Assembly: GCF_900232105.1 (NCBI RefSeq)
Contig: NZ_LT934425.1
Coordinates: forward strand, 300,001-332,000
DNA from: Candidatus Kuenenia stuttgartensis
GTDB taxonomy: Bacteria; Planctomycetota; Brocadiia; Brocadiales; Brocadiaceae
Reading direction: 5' to 3'
DNA: 32,000 bases
This document shows positions 1 to 8,814 of this stretch, in pieces. Position numbers and translations under genes: made by a program. Numbering within the stretch: the first letter of the stretch is position 1; each line of letters starts with the position of its first letter. Below the pieces are notes generated by a model. It saw only the letters and a program-made list of their open reading frames with translations. It made no database searches and was not told where the DNA came from.

Positions 1-340
1 ACTTTGCGGATTCCGCCTTGCACATTACACAAACCAACGCATCTTTGTCACATTCATCACAATGATGAACGTCAAATTCCGATACTTCTTTTTTGCAATC
101 AGGGCACACCATGCCCATCGGAGCAACTGTTTTCCCTTTCATTGGCCCTAAATGCCCTTTTTTACAAGAGGGACACATCGGTAGTTCAATGGTCTCCGGT
201 ATCTGACGTTCCTGTGCCAGTGGTTTTACACTATGTTTAAATGTTTCTTCTTCCGAATACGCATAATTATTGCCCCATAAAACTGCGGAAAATATCACCG
301 CACTAAAAAAAACCGGTATTGACAACTTTTTGTTTTTCAT
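1..340 (-). CDS. CxxC-rich (zinc-ribbon-like) exported protein, 3' end beyond window; paralogue of the 12555-13091 protein
   Basis: Not in the ORF track because no stop lies inside the window. Reverse-strand translation from ATG at 340: MKNKKLSIPVFFSAVIFSAVLWGNNYAYSEEETFKHSVKPLAQERQIPETIELPMCPSCKKGHLGPMKGKTVAPMGMVCPDCKKEVSEFDVHHCDECDKDALVCVMCKAESAK. Preceded by an AAGGAG ribosome binding site; hydrophobic leader; CxxC pairs matching the 12555 protein. Confidence 0.85.
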   Translation of the reverse strand, partial: MKNKKLSIPVFFSAVIFSAVLWGNNYAYSEEETFKHSVKPLAQERQIPETIELPMCPSCKKGHLGPMKGKTVAPMGMVCPDCKKEVSEFDVHHCDECDKDALVCVMCKAESAK

Positions 341-628
341 TGCTATCTACTCCTTTGTTTTTATATAAAACGCAACAAATAAAAAATGAATCTTCGTATT
401 TACTCCAGACTTCCCCCCCTTTCCGTTAAAAATTCAGCATTTAAAAAAACAGATAACAGTTCAGTCTACCGCAGAGAACGCTGCGATCGCAGAGGTTTTA
501 AGGAGATAAAAACAGAAAATTATGCAGGTACACATTGTATTTGTTTTCTCCGCGTCCTCTGCGGTGAACTATTACAAAATAGGGTGCATTCCCGATTGTT
601 TGTAAGCGTTCATGGAGTCGGGGCAAAA

Positions 629-663
629 CAACCCTGACAGGGTTTGAAACCCTGTCAGGGTTG
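629..663. repeat. perfect 17+17 bp palindrome around one central base (CAACCCTGACAGGGTTT-G-AAACCCTGTCAGGGTTG)
   Basis: Direct reading; arms 629-645 and 647-663. Confidence 0.9.
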
Positions 664-1022
664 ACACTACTGCAACGTTTTATTGAAACATGGCAGAAAT
701 CACAAAAAATCGGGAATACACCCCAAAAATAGAATGTTTCCTGACACCATGCCACGATTTTCCAGGTTCATACCTTCTGTATCGTTTAACGTCTCAATAT
801 TTCATTCTATTTTAAATATTTAATATATATGAATCTTATGCTAGGGAAATCGTTGATTAATATCAAGAAGAAACTTAACTACCAACAAAATTACATGCCT
901 TTGTTTTCAAAACAAACATAGTGTATTTTACACCATTTAAACTATGTGAATACTGCTATTTATGGGTTTCATTTCATTCAACCTAACCCACACCTACTGG
1001 AGTAGGACTTATTTGTAAGTAA

Positions 1023-2300
1023 TTATTCAATTACCCGCCAGGCTACAGTACCTTCCTGTTGTTGATACCAGCCAGGGTCATCGTAGCTGGTAATGTCATC
1101 GCGAACCTTTAACACGGTAAACATACCGCCCATTTCGACTGGTCCAAACGGCCCTTTTCCTGTCATCATGGGTAGTGTATTTTTTGGCAAGGGCATGTTC
1201 ATCACTGCCATCCCGGACATGCCGCTCTCACCCATGGCCATATAATCCGGCAGCAGGTTTTGTATTTTCCGTTCCACTCCACTCTGATTTACACCGATCA
1301 TGTTTGGTACGTCATGCTTCATGGCGTTCATAACGTGGTGGTTCTTGTGGCAATGCAAAGCCCAGTCCCCCGGAGCATTTGCCACAAATTGTATGTCACG
1401 CGTAGTACCTGGTGGAACGTTAACCGTGGTTTCAGGCCATTGACCCGAGGCTGGAATGCGCCCTCCATCCGTACCGGTAATCTTAAAATTATAGCCGTGC
1501 AGGTGGATCGGGTGGGAGTCCATGCTCAGATTGGCGACTCTGATTCTCACCCTGTCTCCCAAACGGACTACCAATGGCGCCGTGCCAGGGAACACACGAC
1601 TGTTGAATGTGAAGAGGTTAAAGTCGGTCATGATGTTTGGATTCGGAGTACTTGTGCCGGGTTCGACAAACCATTCCTGAAGAAAGATACAGAAGTCCCG
1701 GTCGATCCTGGGCTGTTCTGGTTCTTTTGGGTGTATAATGAAAAAACCTTCCATCCCCATTGCCATCTGCACCATCTCGTCCGCATGCGGGTGATACATC
1801 TGTGTACCATGCTGACGGAGCGTAAATTCATAGACATAGGTCTCGCCCGGTTTGATTTGCGGCTGGTTCAATCCCCCGACGCCATCCATACCATTGGGCA
1901 GGAGTACGCCGTGCCAGTGGATCGTGGTATGTTCTGCAAGCTTGTTGGTGACTAAGATACGCACACGGTCACCTTCCACCGCTTCGATGGTAGGGCCTGG
2001 CGTCTGACCGTTATAACCCCAGCAGTTGACGATCATTCCTGGCGCAAACTCCCGCTTGACCGGTTCAGCGATCAAGTGAAAAACTTTAACGCCATTGTCC
2101 CACTTCCAGGGGAGGGTGCTCCCATTGAGTGTCGTAGCCGGTGTATAGGACAAGCCATGTATGGGTGGCATGATAGTGGTGGGTTGTGGTGTGGTCACTG
2201 TGTTTACAGCTTCCAACTGCTTGCGACCTAACAGCGTAGAAATACCGCCGGTTAGCAATGCCGCTGCGCTGGAAAGAATCATTTTCCGTCGGGTAATCAT
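1023..2300 (-). CDS. multicopper oxidase with Tat-like leader and Met-rich C-terminal region
   Basis: MITRRKM twin-arginine start; copper ligand motifs HWHG, YHPHADEM, HPIHLHGYNF, HCHKNHH; Met-rich stretch MAMGESGMSGMAVMNMPLPKNTLPMM. Confidence 0.93.
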   Translation of the reverse strand: MITRRKMILSSAAALLTGGISTLLGRKQLEAVNTVTTPQPTTIMPPIHGLSYTPATTLNGSTLPWKWDNGVKVFHLIAEPVKREFAPGMIVNCWGYNGQTPGPTIEAVEGDRVRILVTNKLAEHTTIHWHGVLLPNGMDGVGGLNQPQIKPGETYVYEFTLRQHGTQMYHPHADEMVQMAMGMEGFFIIHPKEPEQPRIDRDFCIFLQEWFVEPGTSTPNPNIMTDFNLFTFNSRVFPGTAPLVVRLGDRVRIRVANLSMDSHPIHLHGYNFKITGTDGGRIPASGQWPETTVNVPPGTTRDIQFVANAPGDWALHCHKNHHVMNAMKHDVPNMIGVNQSGVERKIQNLLPDYMAMGESGMSGMAVMNMPLPKNTLPMMTGKGPFGPVEMGGMFTVLKVRDDITSYDDPGWYQQQEGTVAWRVIE

Positions 2301-2311
2301 GATAAATCTCC

Positions 2312-3772
2312 TTAATGATGAATATGGTTAGGGAGTTTTGATGGCTGAGTAGCTGGTTGTTCCACGGGTTGTGCGGGCGGATGGATAGTTTCCTCAGTAA
2401 CTAACAAGCGGCCACCAACTGCACGCTCCAGGTCAGACATGGCAATCCAGTAGTCCCTCAAAGTTTCGATGTATTCACGACCTGTGTTGATCTGGTTTTG
2501 CTTCGCCAGGAGTAACTCATACACCCCAATAAGCATGCCGTTGTAATACAGTTGGGACTCATCCACGATCCGCTGCCGAAGGGGAAGAATGACTTCCTGG
2601 TAGTATTCAACCATGTTGCGTGCAGTCAAAAGCCGATTGCGTATATCCCTGACCTCCGAACGTATATCGATTGCCAGAGAGGAGAGCCGCTGCTGGCTTT
2701 GCCTCAATTGTGCCTCCAACCGTGCGATCTCAGCCTGACGTTGGTCGAAGATCGGTAATTCAATCGTAAGATTAGGTCCTGTAAAATTTACGTTGTCAGC
2801 GACGTCGTGTTCAGTATTTACACCAACGTCAAATACATAAAAATACCGATATTTCCGCGTCAATAACAAGGCATGTGAGATGACCAGCGTCTCCTGTCGT
2901 GCGGCGGCTAAATCCAGGCGTTGTGACACAGCGAGCGACTCCAGATGTTCTAAAGGGATTTCATCTGCTGATAGCTCAGGAAGTCTGCCAGGGAGTTTCC
3001 ACGTAGTATCTGCTCCCCAAAGCCCCATCAGTCGGTTCAGACGCTCACGGTCAACAACGATTTGGATATCTGTTCTTGTCATGTCTAATTTCGCCTGAAC
3101 ATGGAACCCATGTTGATTTGCAAGATCTAACGTCTTTAAAGTGCCGGCATCGTGTTGACGGGTAGCAATGTCAACAGCTGCTTCCGTGGCCTGGACTACA
3201 GTTCGGCGCATCTCTAGTATTTGCTCATCTGCCTGAAGGGCGTAATAAGTTGACCGTACCGCCGCTGCCAGGTTCAAAACGGCATTACCAACACGCAGCT
3301 TCGCTTGTTCAAACTGAGCCGCAGCAACTTTCTTTCGTAAAGGACGCACAAGTAAATCAAGAAAATCCTGAACCACTGAAAATTCTGTATTGGTACTGCG
3401 ATGCCCTCCCACGGTCTTATCGGGGAACCTGAAGCTAGCTCCAAATGTAGGGTTCCGCAACAAACCAGCCTGTACAAGATCGGCCTGAGCAATACCCAGA
3501 TCTTCATATGTCGCCTGCAATGACCGGTTGTTAAGTAATGAAATCTGAACAGCTTCATCTAAGGTCAGTTCCTGTTGTAACATTAACCGGACGGCATCGA
3601 TCACCGCAGCATCCTCCGATGTGCCCTGACTCCAGTGTACCCGGCGACCAATGCGCTGTTCTATGATATTCTGGACGTCAGAAAATCCAGCCTCTTCAGG
3701 AACCGAAGCACAGCCAGCAAGTACTCCAATACACATGAGAGTTATAAATATGGCTATCAATCTCTGTGTCAT
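2312..3772 (-). CDS. TolC/CusC-family outer membrane efflux lipoprotein
   Basis: ORF 2312-3829; the likely start is the internal Met giving MTQRLIAIFITLMCIGVLAGCASVPEEAG (lipobox LAGC). OEP-type coiled-coil sequence; context next to CusA/CusB-like genes. Start coordinate derived from residue count. Confidence 0.88.
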   Translation of the reverse strand: MTQRLIAIFITLMCIGVLAGCASVPEEAGFSDVQNIIEQRIGRRVHWSQGTSEDAAVIDAVRLMLQQELTLDEAVQISLLNNRSLQATYEDLGIAQADLVQAGLLRNPTFGASFRFPDKTVGGHRSTNTEFSVVQDFLDLLVRPLRKKVAAAQFEQAKLRVGNAVLNLAAAVRSTYYALQADEQILEMRRTVVQATEAAVDIATRQHDAGTLKTLDLANQHGFHVQAKLDMTRTDIQIVVDRERLNRLMGLWGADTTWKLPGRLPELSADEIPLEHLESLAVSQRLDLAAARQETLVISHALLLTRKYRYFYVFDVGVNTEHDVADNVNFTGPNLTIELPIFDQRQAEIARLEAQLRQSQQRLSSLAIDIRSEVRDIRNRLLTARNMVEYYQEVILPLRQRIVDESQLYYNGMLIGVYELLLAKQNQINTGREYIETLRDYWIAMSDLERAVGGRLLVTEETIHPPAQPVEQPATQPSKLPNHIHH

Positions 3773-4122
3773 TGTTTTCCCTCCGATTCGGTTTTGGAAA
3801 GTGCTGCCGGGACCAGTCCCATCCCACACTTAGGGCATCTGCCCAGGCTTGATTGTACTACTTCGGCATGCATCGGGCAGGTATACATTGTGGGTACGGT
3901 TGTGGGTGGATGCGTAGGCAAAGTTGGTTCGGTAGGCGGTTGTTCCGCTGTGACAGGTACCTCGGCCTGGAGCCAATTCGATCGTGGAGCAAATGCAGAT
4001 TCCAGTGCGTTCGGATTTGCCGGATCGTTGGTAGATATTGGTATTTGAAGTGTCTGGCTAGCACAACCCGTCAAGATTGTCACACACATAGCAGTCGTTA
4101 CTATCCGTGCTATCATTGTCAT
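3769..4122 (-). CDS. small lipoprotein with heavy-metal-binding domain (YTCPMHAEV...CPKCGMGLVP)
   Basis: Lipobox-like LTGC and one CPMH...CPKCGM ribbon as found in Cu/Ag efflux adaptors. Confidence 0.85.
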   Translation of the reverse strand: MTMIARIVTTAMCVTILTGCASQTLQIPISTNDPANPNALESAFAPRSNWLQAEVPVTAEQPPTEPTLPTHPPTTVPTMYTCPMHAEVVQSSLGRCPKCGMGLVPAALSKTESEGKQ

Positions 4123-4559
4123 CCCCCCTTTAAAAATGGCAGGAATACTACTCCAAAAGCAACCGCTGGTTTTGTTCTATCTTTGGTTAGCGGATAGAGA
4201 CTTTCTCCTTGTTCACCTGCCAATACCATTATAAGTACTTTTTAAACAAGTTATTATTCAATACCATAATCTGCTCTACACGATTTCAGCTATCAAGATT
4301 AACCCAAAATGTTTTCGCCACATTTTACCGACATCAGCGTGACTCGCCGTTTTACTTAATCAGTATACTTTTGCGTCGATTGTTCGAACTTATTTTTGCA
4401 CACGACCGGGCAAAAATAGTGCGTCTTACTCTGATAGGTGGCAAGTTGGCAAAATCTGGTTTGCTCTTGGTTATCCACAAATGCCAGTAATTTCCAGTAC
4501 GGTCGGTCAACCCGGCCGGTGTTTCTCCCAGAACGATGTCATTGAGAATCTTCACTTCT

Positions 4560-4937
4560 CTATCTAAGGTAAAAATCTTGATGGAAAAACAGGCAAAACT
4601 GCCGTGAACGATTAACCAGATTATGAACGGTAGTCTCCCTCATGTAGATGTTTTCATGAAAGCCCACGGCATCGCGGCAGTCAAGTATAAGCCCAAGCCG
4701 CCGATTGATGAGTTTCACGGAAGTAACCAGTGTGTCAGGTTCATAGGTGAGCAGTCTTTCCCAACCCGGCTCGTGTACCCATCTCAATTACCCCTCAGTG
4801 AAGACACCGAAGCGAAACACATGCCCGGCGGTATGATTCTCCTTGCCGATATAGGGAAAATAGATGTCACGCAGCTTATAGGCGGCATCAAACATCACTT
4901 GTAGCGAACCGTTACCAATAGTTAATTCTCGTGACAT
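4560..4937 (-). pseudogene. 5' remnant of a glycoside hydrolase family 15-like (glucoamylase-type) gene, with an in-frame TAA and 3' truncation
   Basis: Continuous reverse-strand frame: MSRELTIGNGSLQVMFDAAYKLRDIYFPYIGKENHTAGHVFRFGVFTEG*LRWVHEPGWERLLTYEPDTLVTSVKLINRRLGLILDCRDAVGFHENIYMRETTVHNLVNRSRQFCLFFHQDFYLR*. Motifs IGNGSL, D.YFPYIGKENHT and LFFHQDF match the N-terminal region of bacterial GH15 proteins from memory. The ORF track shows only the portion after the stop. Confidence 0.72.
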
Positions 4938-5023
4938 AACTCATTTCCTCATATACCTGGTAGTTCGATAATCTTCACATGGATTCTCATAAACAAAAAA
5001 TGATAGTTGTCTTCTTTAATAAA

Positions 5024-8000
5024 TTATATAATCATACCTGTTTCTGCAATACCGGGGTCTTTATTCAATTCCTTTTTAAACTTACGTTCTTTTATCCATG
5101 CATTCAGGCATGGCACCAGAAAAAACACAATCATCGCCATTGTCATGCCCCCAATGGAAGGGATCGCCATTGGTTTTGCAATTTCAGCGCCTGCACCGGT
5201 TGACCATATAATGGGCATCAGGCCAATAAATGTTGTCGCAGAGGTCATTACGGCCGGGCGTATCCTTCTCGTCCCTGCCAAAACAATGGTATCCCTTATC
5301 TCCTGAATACTTTTTATTTTTTTATCCTTAAACAGATCATTTATATATGTAGTGATAAGTACACCATCGTCCTGGACGATGCCAAACAGAGATATAAAAC
5401 CTACCCAAACGGCCACGCTAAAATTATATCCGAATAAATACTGCAGCAGAATGCCGCCTGCAATGGCAGTCGGTACACTGGTTAATAAAATAATCAGCAC
5501 TTGCGAAAATGATCTGAATGCCACGAAGAGGATAATAAAGCCAACAAACTGAGACAACGGGACAAGTATCTGCAATCTCTTTCTTGCCCGTACCTGATTC
5601 TCAAACTGTCCGCTCCATTGAATAAAATAACCCTGCGGCAACATGACTTTCTCAGATACCACCTTAGAGGCTTCTTCGACAAAGCTCATGGGGTCTCTGT
5701 CCCGTACGTTCATAAGGACATACGCCCTTAAAAGGGCGTTTTCACTGCTGATCATGGCAGGTCCCATGACGTAACGGATATCTGCAACCTGTGTAAGGGG
5801 GATAAGTTTGCCTGTGGAGCTTGAAACATAAATCCTTTTCAGTGCATCAAAATTATCGCGGAGTTCCCGGACGTATCTGACCCGTACAGGATAGCGTTCC
5901 CTGCCTTCCACTGTCGTTGTAATATTTTCTCCCCCTATAGCGGTCTCAATAATATCCTGCACATCCTTAATATTTATGCCATAACGTGCAATCTCCTCCC
6001 GCTTTATTATGAATTCAAGATATGGCTTTCCGGTAATCCTCTCCGCATAAAGATCAACCGCCCCCGGAACATCCCTTAAAGCCTTTTCAACATCCAGTGC
6101 CAGTTGCTGCAGCACGTTCAGGTCTGTCCCAAATATCTTAACGCCAATCGAGGTGCGGATACCGGTTGCAAGCATGTCAACGCGGTTTACTATGGGTTGT
6201 GTCCATATGTTTGCCACGCCTGGTATCCTCATGGCTTCATCCATTTCCTGTATAAGCTCCTGTTTCGTAATCCTCCGCTCATCGGGCAGAAACAAGTGAA
6301 AGACCGGGTGCAGGAAGGAAGGCACATATTGCAGAAAACCATACTCTATCTTTTTCTTTCGCCATTCCTCTTCAGGTTTTAAGGTGACAATCGTCTCAAA
6401 CATCTCGGCAGGCGCCGGATCGGTAGGGGTTTCCGCCCTGCCCAGCTTTCCCACGACTATATCCACCTCCGGAAATGACTTGATGATAACATCCTGTTTC
6501 TGCATCACCTTGAACGCATCGGTAAGCGCAACGCTCGGCAGCATAACCGGCATAAAAAGGATGGACCCTTCGTCCAATGGTGGCATAAATTCCCTTCCGA
6601 TCCTTTTCGCAACAAAAACAGATAAAATAATCACAACGATGGGAATCGTAAGAAATAGTCTCTTATGCTCCAATACCCAACGAAGTATCGGCGTATACCC
6701 GCTCAGGAGCAGCCTTGAGGTATAATTTCTCTCCATTGGCCTCAGTTTGCCTTTTAACATAAAAAAGCAAAGTGTCGGCGCCAGAGTAAGTGCGAACACA
6801 ACAGACGCTCCTATTGCAAACGTCTTCGTCCATGCGAGGGGTTTAAAAAGTTTTCCCTCCTGCCCGGTAAGCCCAAACACAGGCATAAACATAAAAATAG
6901 TAGTAAGGCCGGCAAAGAGGATTGGTGCCCCCACTTCTTTGGAAGAGTCAAGTATTATTTGAAACCTGCTCTTTTTGCCTTCATATTCTATAAGATTCCT
7001 GTATATATTTTCGGTGACAATAATTGCCATATCACTCACCTCGCCAATGGCAATAGCAATACCGGTAATGGTCATAATGTTTGAATCAATCCCCATAAAA
7101 TACATGCCCAGGAAGGAAATGATTATAGCTATAGGGAATCCAAGACAGCAGACAATAATACTTCGAATGTGCAATAAAAAGAGGGCTACAACGACAGAGG
7201 TAATAATTATTTCTTCTATAAGCGCCTCTTTCAGGGTGGCAATGACGCGATATATAAGCCCTTCTCTGTCGTAGAAAGGTACTATTTTTACCCCTGGCGG
7301 CAAACCGGGTTCGATTTCCTTTATCTTTTCCTTTATTCGCTTTATAACCTTTAACGGATTTTCCCCCTGGCGCATAATAACAACCCCGCCTGCAACCTCT
7401 GCGCCTTCCTTGTCCAGCGCCCCCCGCCTGAAGTCGCCTCCAATCTGAACCGTTGCTACGTTTTTTACAAAGACAGGCACGCCGTTATTGCTGCCAACGG
7501 TAATATTCTCGATATCGGTAACGTTTTTAATAAACCCAAGGCCGCGTATAATAAATTCCATATTATTGTTTTCCACCACCTTGGCACCCACATCGATATT
7601 GCTTTTTCGAACAGCCTCAAACACATCTCCAACAGTCAGGTTGTGCGCCATTAATTTATTGGGGTCCACATCCACCTGATATTGTTTGACAAAACCGCCC
7701 ACACCAGCAACCTCCGAGACGCCTTCAACGGCATTGAGCTGGTATCTGACAAACCAATCCTGGATAGACCGCAATTGTCCGAGATCATATCCTTTCCCCT
7801 CAACGGTATACCAAAAAATCTGTCCAAGTCCGGTAGCATCCGGACCTAGTCTTGGGAGAACATCTTTTGGAAGCAATGCCTGTACAAAGTTTAATCTTTC
7901 AAGCACCCTGGAACGTGCCCAGTAAAAATCGATATTTTCCTTGAAGATAATATAGACCATGGAGAAACCAAACGCAGACTGTGAGCGTATGACCTTTACA

Positions 8001-8233
8001 CCAGGAACGCCCAGGAGATTAACGGTCAGAGGATAAGTAACCTGATCCTCCACGTCCTGCGGGCTACGGCCAGGCCAGTCGGTGAAGACAATACACTGGT
8101 TTTCCCCGATATCAGGAATAACGTCCATGTTGATATGCCTCACCCCGAAGAGACCGCCGAATATCACCAGCAGGTAAAAGCATATGACGAGGAAACGGTT
8201 GTTAAGACATAGTTCGATAAGTTTATTGATCAT
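5024..8233 (-). CDS. heavy-metal efflux RND transporter (HME family, CusA/CzcA-like)
   Basis: 1069 aa; MDVIPDIGENQCIVFTDWPGRSPQDVEDQVTYPLT, LPRLGPDATGLGQIFWYTV, and other CusA/CzcA-type segments; transmembrane pattern. Confidence 0.96.
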   Translation of the reverse strand: MINKLIELCLNNRFLVICFYLLVIFGGLFGVRHINMDVIPDIGENQCIVFTDWPGRSPQDVEDQVTYPLTVNLLGVPGVKVIRSQSAFGFSMVYIIFKENIDFYWARSRVLERLNFVQALLPKDVLPRLGPDATGLGQIFWYTVEGKGYDLGQLRSIQDWFVRYQLNAVEGVSEVAGVGGFVKQYQVDVDPNKLMAHNLTVGDVFEAVRKSNIDVGAKVVENNNMEFIIRGLGFIKNVTDIENITVGSNNGVPVFVKNVATVQIGGDFRRGALDKEGAEVAGGVVIMRQGENPLKVIKRIKEKIKEIEPGLPPGVKIVPFYDREGLIYRVIATLKEALIEEIIITSVVVALFLLHIRSIIVCCLGFPIAIIISFLGMYFMGIDSNIMTITGIAIAIGEVSDMAIIVTENIYRNLIEYEGKKSRFQIILDSSKEVGAPILFAGLTTIFMFMPVFGLTGQEGKLFKPLAWTKTFAIGASVVFALTLAPTLCFFMLKGKLRPMERNYTSRLLLSGYTPILRWVLEHKRLFLTIPIVVIILSVFVAKRIGREFMPPLDEGSILFMPVMLPSVALTDAFKVMQKQDVIIKSFPEVDIVVGKLGRAETPTDPAPAEMFETIVTLKPEEEWRKKKIEYGFLQYVPSFLHPVFHLFLPDERRITKQELIQEMDEAMRIPGVANIWTQPIVNRVDMLATGIRTSIGVKIFGTDLNVLQQLALDVEKALRDVPGAVDLYAERITGKPYLEFIIKREEIARYGINIKDVQDIIETAIGGENITTTVEGRERYPVRVRYVRELRDNFDALKRIYVSSSTGKLIPLTQVADIRYVMGPAMISSENALLRAYVLMNVRDRDPMSFVEEASKVVSEKVMLPQGYFIQWSGQFENQVRARKRLQILVPLSQFVGFIILFVAFRSFSQVLIILLTSVPTAIAGGILLQYLFGYNFSVAVWVGFISLFGIVQDDGVLITTYINDLFKDKKIKSIQEIRDTIVLAGTRRIRPAVMTSATTFIGLMPIIWSTGAGAEIAKPMAIPSIGGMTMAMIVFFLVPCLNAWIKERKFKKELNKDPGIAETGMII

Positions 8234-8241
8234 AGGAATAA

Positions 8242-8264
8242 GAAACCACAGGTTGCACGGATTA
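8242..8264. repeat. left member of an imperfect ~23 bp inverted repeat bounding the GxxExxY cassette
   Basis: GAAACCACAGGTTGCACGGATTA. Its reverse complement TAATCCGTGCAACCTGTGGTTTC matches TTATCTGTGTGATCTGTGGTTTC (18/23), reconstructed by joining 8759-8775 to 10485-10490. Confidence 0.6.
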
Positions 8265-8342
8265 AAAAAAAGAACAAGTAACCTGATTGCTCAGATTATT
8301 TTATTTTGTATTCAAACCTCTGTCATCCATTTTGATAAAATT

Positions 8343-8708
8343 CAATTTTTGAACCTTCTATAATGAAGGGATTCTTCGCCAAAGTTTATAAGCAATCCTG
8401 TGCTATGGCGACTAGTAATAAGGCTATTTATTAACTGTGCTTCATCGACCTTTGACAAAGATTTTTCTGCTTTTATTTTCAACTATAATTTCATTGTAAA
8501 CAATGAAATCCGTAACATAATATTTTTTCAACTTTTGTTCTTTATAAAATATTTCCAATCGAAGTTGAGAAATAAATGGGGCATTTCTTAATTTGAACTC
8601 AATTTCCAAACATTCCTGATAAACGGCCTCCAGGCGTCCTGGTCCTATGATTCTGTGAACCTCCATTGCCGCTCCAATAATTTCATGTGTTCTTACATCT
8701 CTATCCAT
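8343..8708 (-). pseudogene. GxxExxY-family protein with a +1 frameshift in an A-run
   Basis: 5' part MDRDVRTHEIIGAAMEVHRIIGPGRLEAVYQECLEIEF... continues in another frame as ...IKAEKSLSKVDEAQLINSLITSRHSTGLLINFGEESLHYRRFKN*. Removing one A from GTTGAAAATAAAAGC restores a full-length frame. Confidence 0.8.
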
Positions 8709-8814
8709 ATATTTACCAACACCCTTTTATTTTACCAATTCTTAATCTTGAACAGGTTTTATCTGTGTGATCTGTACTACTATCCATCAATTTCTTGTTT
8801 TTTATGCGTGTTTT

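Noticed and set aside
1260-1955. Long plus-strand ORFs antisense to the multicopper oxidase gene
   Set aside because: They mirror an unambiguous minus-strand gene and have no family signal or signal peptide. The same reasoning applies to the other plus-strand ORFs over confident genes (for example 9754-10353, 10689-11336, 23951-24358).
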